Assembly: GCA_964592365.1 (NCBI GenBank)
Contig: CAZQDL010000002.1
Location: forward strand, 86,139 to 150,138
DNA from: an uncultured Candidatus Saccharibacteria bacterium
Lineage (GTDB): Bacteria; Patescibacteriota; Minisyncoccia; Phycocordibacterales; UBA1006
DNA: 64,000 nucleotides
Direction: 5' to 3'
Shown here piece after piece: positions 9,683 to 17,809 of the stretch. Made by a program: the position numbers and the translations under genes. The first letter of the stretch is position 1; the number at the start of each line of letters is the position of its first letter. The notes under the pieces were generated by a model. The model did not search any database. It was not told where the DNA came from and saw only the letters and a program-made list of their open reading frames with translations.

Positions 9683-10063
9683 AACGAAATGAAACACTAT
9701 CCAGATTCAATATCAATTAAAGGGCTCATACGAAGTTTTCAGAGTGCCTTTCGTGGAGTTAGAGTCTTGTTAAAAAGTGAATATAACTTATATATTCAAA
9801 TTGGTTTTGCTGTAATAGCGATCGTTGCTGGTTTTTACTACCAAATAAGTTCTGTGCAATGGATGTTTCAAATCATTGCAATTGGTTTAGTAATATATTC
9901 AGAATTAGTAAATACCGCGATAGAAAAAATTCTTGATGTTCTCCACCCAGATTATCGAAGGGAAGTAGGGGAAATAAAAGAACTGGCATCAGCTTCAGTT
10001 CTATTCATGGTTCTTATCTCAGTTTGTATTGCTTTCATTATTTATATTCCTTATATTTTTTAG
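9683..10063 (+). CDS. dgkA: diacylglycerol/undecaprenol kinase DgkA family
   Basis: C-terminal NTAIEKILDVLHPDYRREVGEIKELASASVL matches the DgkA conserved region; three TM helices. Start approximate (9683 or 9692). Confidence 0.75.
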   Translation, partial: NEMKHYPDSISIKGLIRSFQSAFRGVRVLLKSEYNLYIQIGFAVIAIVAGFYYQISSVQWMFQIIAIGLVIYSELVNTAIEKILDVLHPDYRREVGEIKELASASVLFMVLISVCIAFIIYIPYIF

Positions 10064-10069
10064 TCAAAA

Positions 10070-10094
10070 ATAAAACAACCGAAAGGTTGTTTTA
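10070..10094. terminator. bidirectional terminator (aaaacaaccgaaaggttgtttt)
   Basis: Read directly. Confidence 0.7.
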
Positions 10095-10352
10095 TTCTAG
10101 TTCTAGTGATGATAGTGATGCATCAAGATCGAAATCTAAATCAGATTCAATAGCTTCAATATCTGTTTCAGGTGAAGTTTCAGAGATTTCTTCAATCACT
10201 TCAGCTTCTTGTTCTTCCATAAGGATAACTTGTTCTTCCTCAGGGGTGATCATTTCACCTTCCATCATTTGCCCTGCATTATTATTAGCAAGCAAGATTA
10301 ATCCACCAGCTACAATAACGATAAGTAGAGCAATAGTTAAATTTTTATTCAT
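10092..10352 (-). CDS. small single-pass membrane protein with acidic tail (paralog-like of 6171..6386)
   Basis: MNKNLTIALLIVIVAGGLILLANNNAGQMMEGEMITPEEEQ...: TM helix, Asn triplet, D/E-rich tail. Confidence 0.4.
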   Translation of the reverse strand: MNKNLTIALLIVIVAGGLILLANNNAGQMMEGEMITPEEEQVILMEEQEAEVIEEISETSPETDIEAIESDLDFDLDASLSSLELE

Positions 10353-10353
10353 A

Positions 10354-11061
10354 TTATGCAGTGTTAGTTATTCCTTTTAATGATGATACTAATGTCTTTG
10401 CTTGCTCCCATGCTTGAGCAATCTGTACTTTTGATTTTTCAAAAAGAGACTTTGCATCGTTAAGTTTCGCCTTTACTTCTTCTTCTGTCATGTTTTCACG
10501 ATCAACTGATTCAACTACAAGGGTAGCTTGGTCAATTAGTGATTCTGCTTCAGCTACTGATGATGATACTGCATCAAGACTTGATTGGTATGATGAAATA
10601 TCAACACCACGTCCTTCTAGGTCAACAAGCCGAGCCTGAATCTTATCAACAATTCCATATGATCGAGCGATCACAGCTTGGAATCTTTTTGCAATCATCT
10701 CATTACGTTGATTACGGATATCTTTCCCAGCTTCTTTAAGTTCAGCTCGTTTCACTTCAGCATCTGCTTTCATGTTTTCACGATGTGCTTTTGCTTCATC
10801 GAGCACTGCTTTTCGTTCTTCTTCAGAACTTGCGCTACTCAAAGCTTCTTTTACTTCAACTCGTTTTAATTCACGCTCTTGTTTCCGTTCTTCAATGTAT
10901 GCGTTACGTTCTTCTGTTAGTTGTGTACGTGCTTGTTGTAACTGTGCACGCATTTCAGTTGCTTCAGTAGAAACTTCAGGTCGTTCTTGTCGTTGCGCAT
11001 GGACAATAGCTGTCGTTGCAAACAAGGCAAGGGTGGTAAAAATAGTAAGTAATGTTTTCAT
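10354..11061 (-). CDS. secreted coiled-coil protein (signal peptide, Q/E/R/K-rich heptad-like region)
   Basis: MKTLLTIFTTLALFATTAIVHA signal then long charged helical region; co-oriented directly downstream of dnaE. Confidence 0.45.
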   Translation of the reverse strand: MKTLLTIFTTLALFATTAIVHAQRQERPEVSTEATEMRAQLQQARTQLTEERNAYIEERKQERELKRVEVKEALSSASSEEERKAVLDEAKAHRENMKADAEVKRAELKEAGKDIRNQRNEMIAKRFQAVIARSYGIVDKIQARLVDLEGRGVDISSYQSSLDAVSSSVAEAESLIDQATLVVESVDRENMTEEEVKAKLNDAKSLFEKSKVQIAQAWEQAKTLVSSLKGITNTA

Positions 11062-11135
11062 ATATATATTGCATGAGAATAAATCTCACTTCTGTATTAT
11101 ATTATCTGCTAGTAAAAATAACAATGAGTGATTAA

Positions 11136-14100
11136 TTATTGCAATGGCTTAACCCCTTGCATAAGTAAACTTTTCTTTCCATCTTTGTCAGACATTTTTC
11201 CTTGAATTGCTATGATGGCATCTTCAACAAGTAGTTCTGCGTGTTCTTTGTAGAGTTTTGGAAAAACTACTACTTCTGCTGATCCTGTAAAATCAGAAAG
11301 TGTGATGAATGCCATTTTGTCACCCTTCTTGGTGTTAATTACCTTAACAGTTTCAATGATTCCACCAACAACTACCGTCTGCTCATTTCTAATTTCACCT
11401 GTTGATATCATTCCTAAATGATAGCTACTTTTTTTAAACCTATCTCGCATATGATCAAGTGGATGACCAGATACATAGACACCTAGAATTTCTTTCTCCA
11501 TAGCTAAGCAATCTTCCTTTGAAAGCGGTTCTGTTTCTTTGAGACTTATGTGAGATTGCCCAATGTTTCCAAATAGGGAGGCCTGATCAGAGTGCATACT
11601 CTTTACCTCTTTGTTGTACTGAAGAAGTGCTTCAAGATTTCCAAGTAATGATCCTCGTTCTCCAAATTGATCAAGAGCTCCTGCCATGATGAGTGCTTCA
11701 AGTGATTTCTTGTTGAAATTCTTGTGACGAACTCTGTTTAAGAGATCTTCAAGTGAGTTAAATTTTCCTGCTCGTTTTCGTTCTTGGATAATTGCATCTG
11801 CAATTCCTTCACCAAAATTCTTGATGGTGTAGAAACCGAATCTGATTGCATTCTTCTCATCATTTTGAATTATGGTAAATGAACCAAAGCATTCATTAAT
11901 ATCAGGAGGAAGTACTTCAATGTTCATTGAGGCACATTCATGAATAATTATTGCAATCTTATCAGTATCTCCAGACTCAGCTGATAGCATTGCTGTCATA
12001 TATTCAACGGGGTAGTTTGCCTTCATGTACGCTGTTTCATAGCTGATACGTCCATAGCTTGCCGCATGTGACTTGTTGAATCCATACGCAGCAAAGGTTT
12101 CTATTTGATCCCATAGTTCTTCTACAGCCTGTGGTTTCATTCCGTAATCTAAACACCCTTGCATAAGTTTTTCTTTTTGCTCTGCCATCAGCTCAGGAAT
12201 CTTTTTTCCAATAGCTTTTCGTAACTTATCAGCATCACCCCAAGTGAAACCAGCAAGGTCAACAGAGATTTGCATTACGTCTTCTTGATATACCAAAATT
12301 CCATATGTCGGAGCAAGAATTTCCTTCATTCGAGGATCAAGATATCTAACCAAAGATGGATTTCTCTTTCTTTGAATATATTCAGGTATGAATTCCATAG
12401 GTCCTGGTCGGTACAGGGCAATCATCGCATTGATTTCATAAATATTACTTGGTTTCAAGTCAATAATATACTTAGTCATACCGGCACTACCCATCTGAAA
12501 GACTCCCATGGTTGAACCTGCTCCAAGAAGATCATATGTTTTCTTGTCATTAAGACTGATGGTATTCAAATCGATATCAATATTCTGTATTTGCTTTACT
12601 AAACGAACTGCATCAGCAAGTATTGAGAGGTTTCTAATTCCAAGAAGGTCAAATTTTGGCATATTCACAACACCATCACGATCACCAGTATACATATCGT
12701 ATTGAGTGATAAGTTTTCCTCCTTTCGGATCAAACTGAACAGGAGAAAAATCATCAACGCGTGTTGGTGAAATAACAACACCAGCAGCATGAACTGAAAC
12801 GTGACGAGCACATCCTTCAATTTTTTGTGCAAGATCAATAATTTTTTTGACATCAGCTTCTGACTTATACAAAGCACGAAGATCTTCCTCTTCTTCGAGT
12901 GCTCTTGCAATAGTCATCGGAAAACCCTGTGACCCCATTGGGATAAGTTTTGCGATCTTGTCACCAAGTTCATACGGATAGTCTAAGGCTCGAGCAACAT
13001 CACGAACAGATCCTCGTGCCGCCATAGTTCCAAAGGTACCAATTTGTGCCACAGATTTTGAACCATATTTTTCACGTATGTAATCAATCACTTTGTCCCT
13101 ATGAATATCAGAAATATCAAGATCAATATCAGGGATACCTTTTCTTCCAGGGTTCATAAATCGTTCAAAGGGAAGATCCATTTCAAGAGGATTTACCTTG
13201 GTAATGAAATTAAGATATGACACAAGAGAACCTGCTGCAGAACCTCTTGTATTTGTATAGATACCCATTTTCAAAGCAGCTTCTACAAGATCAGCCATAA
13301 TTAAAAAGTATGAAGAATATCCTTTCGAAGAGATAATACCAAGTTCATATTCTATTCGTTCAACAACTTCCTTTGTCTCTTCCATATTACGATCAGGAAT
13401 ACGACGATATGTTTGTTCTCTTAGAGCTCTGTCATAATCATATCCTTCTGGAATAGGGAAGTCAGGGAAATACCAACTATCAATATCAATCTCAACATTA
13501 CACCTATCTGCTATTCTTCGTGTTTCTTCAATTGCTTCAGGATAGTCTTTGAAGCGCTCAGCAATATCTTCAGGAGATGCAAAATGAAATTCTCCTCGCA
13601 TAAATCCACTAGACACTCTGTTTCCTGTGGTTGAAACACCAAGCAGGGTATCAAATGCTTCACGATCATCTGGATGTATATAATGACTATTATGTGTTGC
13701 TACTAAAGGAGCTCCTGTTTCTTTTGATATCCTTGCAAGATCTGCATTGATCTCTTTCAGACCATCAATATGATCATTGAACATGATTTCAATGTAATAG
13801 TTTTCTTTTCCAAAAATCTCTTGATATTGCAATACTAATTCCTTTGCATGATCATAGTTTTTGGTAAGGATTGCTTGTCCTACTTCACCATATATTGAAC
13901 CAGAAAGACAGATAAGACCTTCTTTGTATTCCCTTAGAAGTTCTTTGTCCATTCTTGGTCGATAATAGAATCCTTTAATAAAGGATTGAGTAACTAACTT
14001 CATAAGGTTCTTGTACCCCTGGTTATCCTTTGCCAAAAGAGTGAAAGGATATCGTTTAGTATCAATACCATGATCCTTCTGTTCCATGCTTCTGAAAGCC

Positions 14101-14306
14101 ATATATGCATCAACACCGATTATTGGTTTGATGTCATACTTCTTGCATGTTTTGTAGAACTCGATAGTTCCGTACATTGATCCATAGTCGGTTAAAGCAA
14201 GGGCACTCATGTTGAATTCTTTTGCTTTTGTGACAAGTTCAGGGATTTTCGAAAGACCCTGTAAAAGTGAAAAATGGCTATGGGTATGTAGATGAATAAA
14301 TGACAT
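11136..14306 (-). CDS. dnaE: DNA polymerase III alpha subunit
   Basis: PHP domain (IHLHTHSHFSLLQGLSKI...ALALTDYGSMYG), palm/fingers motifs; ~1056 aa from ATG at 14306. ORF track start 14324. Confidence 0.95.
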   Translation of the reverse strand: MSFIHLHTHSHFSLLQGLSKIPELVTKAKEFNMSALALTDYGSMYGTIEFYKTCKKYDIKPIIGVDAYMAFRSMEQKDHGIDTKRYPFTLLAKDNQGYKNLMKLVTQSFIKGFYYRPRMDKELLREYKEGLICLSGSIYGEVGQAILTKNYDHAKELVLQYQEIFGKENYYIEIMFNDHIDGLKEINADLARISKETGAPLVATHNSHYIHPDDREAFDTLLGVSTTGNRVSSGFMRGEFHFASPEDIAERFKDYPEAIEETRRIADRCNVEIDIDSWYFPDFPIPEGYDYDRALREQTYRRIPDRNMEETKEVVERIEYELGIISSKGYSSYFLIMADLVEAALKMGIYTNTRGSAAGSLVSYLNFITKVNPLEMDLPFERFMNPGRKGIPDIDLDISDIHRDKVIDYIREKYGSKSVAQIGTFGTMAARGSVRDVARALDYPYELGDKIAKLIPMGSQGFPMTIARALEEEEDLRALYKSEADVKKIIDLAQKIEGCARHVSVHAAGVVISPTRVDDFSPVQFDPKGGKLITQYDMYTGDRDGVVNMPKFDLLGIRNLSILADAVRLVKQIQNIDIDLNTISLNDKKTYDLLGAGSTMGVFQMGSAGMTKYIIDLKPSNIYEINAMIALYRPGPMEFIPEYIQRKRNPSLVRYLDPRMKEILAPTYGILVYQEDVMQISVDLAGFTWGDADKLRKAIGKKIPELMAEQKEKLMQGCLDYGMKPQAVEELWDQIETFAAYGFNKSHAASYGRISYETAYMKANYPVEYMTAMLSAESGDTDKIAIIIHECASMNIEVLPPDINECFGSFTIIQNDEKNAIRFGFYTIKNFGEGIADAIIQERKRAGKFNSLEDLLNRVRHKNFNKKSLEALIMAGALDQFGERGSLLGNLEALLQYNKEVKSMHSDQASLFGNIGQSHISLKETEPLSKEDCLAMEKEILGVYVSGHPLDHMRDRFKKSSYHLGMISTGEIRNEQTVVVGGIIETVKVINTKKGDKMAFITLSDFTGSAEVVVFPKLYKEHAELLVEDAIIAIQGKMSDKDGKKSLLMQGVKPLQ

Positions 14307-14453
14307 ATATCTGTAGTATACCAAAAAGCAGGTGTGGTGATATACTTGAACATATGAAGTACGGAAAAATAGTTTTGTACATACTCACCCTTCTTCTTGG
14401 TACCTTCTACATATTTTCTTTCAGTGGAGAACCAGAAGGCCTCCAATCTCAAT

Positions 14454-15053
14454 ATGAAGTATCCAAAGGGAACTAAATATGTAATAGGTATAGATGAGGT
14501 AGGAAGGGGTCCTCTTGCGGGTCCTGTTACCCTATGTGCTTTTTTGGTTCCTGTTTCGAAATTAGCAAAGGTTAATAGAAAACTCTCGGGTATTACTGAT
14601 TCAAAAAAACTAACAAGGAAAAAAAGAGAGATGTTTGAAAAACTCATAAAAGAAGTAGCTAGCCAAGAAGATATAAAATATGCAATTGCAAGTGTTTCAG
14701 CCCAAGTGATCGATTCAAAAGGAATTTCTTTTGGAATACGAAATGCAATATCTCGAACTCTTAAAAAACTGTCTGTTGATCCATTAACAAGTTATGTATA
14801 TCTTGATGGTAGTTTACATGCTCCAATTTCATTTGCTCAAGAGACAATAATAAAAGGTGATGTTCATAATTGGCTGATATCATCTGCATCCGTTCTTGCA
14901 AAAACACATCGTGATATGAAGATGAGGAGATATTCAAAAACATATCCAGAATATGGATTCGATACTCATATGGGATACGGGACAAAGATGCATAGGGAAA
15001 ACATTAGAAAATATGGGCCTTGCGATATACACAGGAAGACTTGGATACACTAA
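14454..15053 (+). CDS. rnhB: ribonuclease HII
   Basis: IGIDEVGRGPLAGPV and LDGS...AKTHRD motifs of RNase HII. ORF track start 14397; ATG at 14454 (MKYPKG) likely. Confidence 0.85.
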   Translation: MKYPKGTKYVIGIDEVGRGPLAGPVTLCAFLVPVSKLAKVNRKLSGITDSKKLTRKKREMFEKLIKEVASQEDIKYAIASVSAQVIDSKGISFGIRNAISRTLKKLSVDPLTSYVYLDGSLHAPISFAQETIIKGDVHNWLISSASVLAKTHRDMKMRRYSKTYPEYGFDTHMGYGTKMHRENIRKYGPCDIHRKTWIH

Positions 15054-15107
15054 CATTTTTTTAAAATACATATATAATAAAGTCAAGAATTATAAAAATT
15101 AAAAAAA

Positions 15108-15686
15108 ATGGATTTTGAAAACAAAGAGCATTCAGTAGGTTTTTTCACCGAAAGCGCTCATGAAAGAAAATCTCCCGATATAGGACATCCATATACCTTA
15201 CTCATTCAAAGAAAAGATGTCTGGAAGGGAGTAGGTACAACCCAAATGTCACCAAAGCTTGGTGAAAATAAGGTATACCGAATGATCTTGAAACAACATA
15301 TTGAACATCTTCCTTTGATGTTTCGATATCTTGTATTGTGGTGTGAATTATTCATATCAAGAACTATTTCTGAAAAACTGCTTGTGTTGGCTTTCTTGAA
15401 AAAAGCTAATCTATATCCAATTTCTTTTTATTTGGCATACCAAAGGGATGAACAAATAATGAGAAATGTATTTCATGTAACGAGGGTTGTAACTGCTGAT
15501 TATCGACGAATCAATTCACCACTTGAGTTAACCATGGAAAATCTCTTAGAGATGAAAAAAGAAGAAATAATTTCTGGTAATATTTTTACAGCAGTCATTG
15601 CAGAAGAAAATTTATACCAAAGAAGAAACCCAAATGCTGTGCCATATATTGGTTTCAAAAAAATTATGCAAATGAATAAAAGTTGA
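15108..15686 (+). CDS. hypothetical protein
   Basis: 192-aa ORF, no recognisable motif; followed by a terminator. Confidence 0.35.
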   Translation: MDFENKEHSVGFFTESAHERKSPDIGHPYTLLIQRKDVWKGVGTTQMSPKLGENKVYRMILKQHIEHLPLMFRYLVLWCELFISRTISEKLLVLAFLKKANLYPISFYLAYQRDEQIMRNVFHVTRVVTADYRRINSPLELTMENLLEMKKEEIISGNIFTAVIAEENLYQRRNPNAVPYIGFKKIMQMNKS

Positions 15687-15707
15687 TACTTCGGTATCAA
15701 CTTTTTA
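15681..15707 (+). terminator. terminator (agttgatac ttcg gtatcaact + ttttt)
   Basis: Read directly. Confidence 0.7.
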
Positions 15708-15746
15708 CTTGCCAAAATATTGAATGTACGTATACTCTAGTGCATT

Positions 15747-15950
15747 ATGGTAATTCGAATGAGACATACACGTGCACACACAGGGAACAGACGTTCTCAT
15801 CATGCACTAAAAGCTAATACTATCGTTACTGATGCTGAAACTAAAGTTCCTCATCTACGTCATCGAGCTTCTCTTGAAACAGGAATGTATCGAGGTCGAC
15901 AGGTAATTGATGTTGTAAAACAAGTAACGAAAAAAGCTAAAAAAGCCTAA
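15747..15950 (+). CDS. rpmF: 50S ribosomal protein L32 (bL32), zinc-ribbon cysteines absent
   Basis: MRHTRAHTGNRRSHHALKANTIV...PHLRH matches the bL32 N-terminal K/RRRSHxAL signature; Cys-less form. Confidence 0.7.
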   Translation: MVIRMRHTRAHTGNRRSHHALKANTIVTDAETKVPHLRHRASLETGMYRGRQVIDVVKQVTKKAKKA

Positions 15951-15998
15951 TATAGGTTTTTTATTTTTATTTACCATTAATTTTGGTACAATCTCCAT

Positions 15999-17063
15999 AT
16001 GGCAAACCGACAACTGCACCGAACCGTACTATTACAAACACTTTTTGAATGGGATATACGTGGAAAGAATAGTCTTGAAATTCCTCTGTACCTTTCATAC
16101 ATATCAACTGCATTTAATGAAATTCATGATGCTGATCAAAAGGAACTTTCAATGTTCCTTCAAGAGCTCATGAAAAAACAGGTAGTTATTGATGACATTA
16201 TTGAAAAAGCAGCCCCATCATGGCCACTTGAAAAAATTTCCATTACTGATCGTAATGTACTTCGACTTGGATTATATGAACTGTTGTTTGGAGACAGGGA
16301 ACAGGTACCACCTAAGGTTGCAATAAATGAATCTATTGAATTAGCAAAACGCTTTGGAGGTCCAAAGAGTGGAAGATTCGTAAATGGAATTATCGGTGCT
16401 GTGTATAAAGAAATTGGTGAACCTGGAAAAGAAGATTTCGTAAATCAAAAAGTTCAATCTGTTTCATATGAAGATATGCCTATCGAACAAAAAGGTGCTG
16501 CTGTTGTGTACAGTATTGATGCACAGGGAGTTATTAGAATTGGAATGGTGCATGATGTTTTTGGGTATTGGACCCTATCAAAAGGGAGTATCGGAGAACA
16601 AGAAGCTGTAACTGATGGTGTTATTCGAAAGATAAAAGAAGAAACAAATTGGGATATAGAAATCATTGCTGATTTAGGTGATAACGAGTACATCGCATAT
16701 CCACCTGAAAAAGGACCAACACGAAAACATGTTCATTATTTTCTTGCGAAATCACCATACGTTAATCCTACCTTAGGATCACAATCAGGTGGATTAAATG
16801 ATGTTCGTTGGTTTGAACTATCAGAGATCACTGACCTAACCATCTATGATGATGTTTCTCAAATGCTTATCAAATCAATTGGACTCATTAGTGAAAAAGA
16901 AGGAAGAATAGAAAAATTAGGAGCAACAGCACCAAACCTTTCACAGCCTGATATTGATAGTATGAATAGAGATCAACTCGAAGTTCTTGCGCGATCAAGA
17001 GGAGTTGAGGAAACTGAAACTATGGATGATATAACCTTAAAAACTAAGTTACGAGAATCATAA
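15999..17063 (+). CDS. nusB: NusB-domain / Nudix-like-domain fusion protein with Rho_N/SAP-like C-terminal tail
   Basis: N-terminal ~135 aa: R..LLQTLFEWD...PPKVAINESIELAKRFGGPKSGRFVNGIIGAV = NusB fold motifs. Central region YWTLSKGSIGEQEAVTDGVIRKIKEETNW fits the Nudix box Gx5Ex7REUxEExGU (RK..EE present). C-terminal SMNRDQLEVLARSRGVEETETMDDITLKTKL resembles a Rho-N/SAP-like helix-extended-helix. TGgTACAAT 6 nt upstream of ATG. Confidence 0.7.
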   Translation: MANRQLHRTVLLQTLFEWDIRGKNSLEIPLYLSYISTAFNEIHDADQKELSMFLQELMKKQVVIDDIIEKAAPSWPLEKISITDRNVLRLGLYELLFGDREQVPPKVAINESIELAKRFGGPKSGRFVNGIIGAVYKEIGEPGKEDFVNQKVQSVSYEDMPIEQKGAAVVYSIDAQGVIRIGMVHDVFGYWTLSKGSIGEQEAVTDGVIRKIKEETNWDIEIIADLGDNEYIAYPPEKGPTRKHVHYFLAKSPYVNPTLGSQSGGLNDVRWFELSEITDLTIYDDVSQMLIKSIGLISEKEGRIEKLGATAPNLSQPDIDSMNRDQLEVLARSRGVEETETMDDITLKTKLRES

Positions 17064-17064
17064 T

Positions 17065-17751
17065 ATGGAAGCATATCTAACATTTGAATCTTCATTGGGA
17101 ATTTCTTTTGAAAACAAGCGTTTGCTACAACAAGCCTTTATCCATCGATCGTATATCAATGAAAATAAAGGTCTTGGTCTTGAGCATAATGAACGACTTG
17201 AGTTTTTAGGTGATGCCGTACTTGAACTTGTCGTAACTGATTTCTTGTACAAGCAGTATCCAGACATTGATGAGGGAATTCTAACAGCATATCGTTCATC
17301 ATTGGTACGCACAGAATCAATTTCAGAAGCAGCACGAACAATGGGAATGAATGAGTTACTTCTTCTTTCTAAGGGGGAATCAAAAGATCAGGGAAAAGCT
17401 CGTGATTATATTCTCGCTAACACTTTTGAATCTTTTGTTGGTGCTGTTTATTTAGATCAAGGGTATGACGTTGCACGTAAGGTAATTGCTGATGCATTAT
17501 TTGATAATATTCTACATGTTATTGATAATGGGACATGGAAAGATGCTAAGTCTCGCTTTCAAGAACTTGCCCAAGAGAAATATTCTGAAACTCCACGCTA
17601 CGAACTAATTTCTGCAGTTGGTCCAGACCATCAAAAGAAATTTATCATCGCCGTATATGTTGGAGAAAAAGAATGTGCACGAGGAACAGGAAAAAGTAAA
17701 CAAGAGGCACAGCAAGATGCAGCTGCACAAGCATTAGAAAAAGAAGCCTAG
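17065..17751 (+). CDS. rnc: ribonuclease III
   Basis: ERLEFLGDAVLELVVTDFLY RNase III signature plus C-terminal dsRBD; 2-nt gap from the previous gene. Confidence 0.93.
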   Translation: MEAYLTFESSLGISFENKRLLQQAFIHRSYINENKGLGLEHNERLEFLGDAVLELVVTDFLYKQYPDIDEGILTAYRSSLVRTESISEAARTMGMNELLLLSKGESKDQGKARDYILANTFESFVGAVYLDQGYDVARKVIADALFDNILHVIDNGTWKDAKSRFQELAQEKYSETPRYELISAVGPDHQKKFIIAVYVGEKECARGTGKSKQEAQQDAAAQALEKEA

Positions 17752-17809
17752 TTATTATGGCTTTTTTCTATATATCAACTCATGATTGTGATATACTAGA
17801 ATATTATAT

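Noticed and set aside
10539-11131. Several plus-strand ORFs overlapping the secreted coiled-coil gene 10354..11061
   Set aside because: Antisense to a charged coiled-coil coding region (Q/E/K codons read backwards give F/L/S-rich frames).
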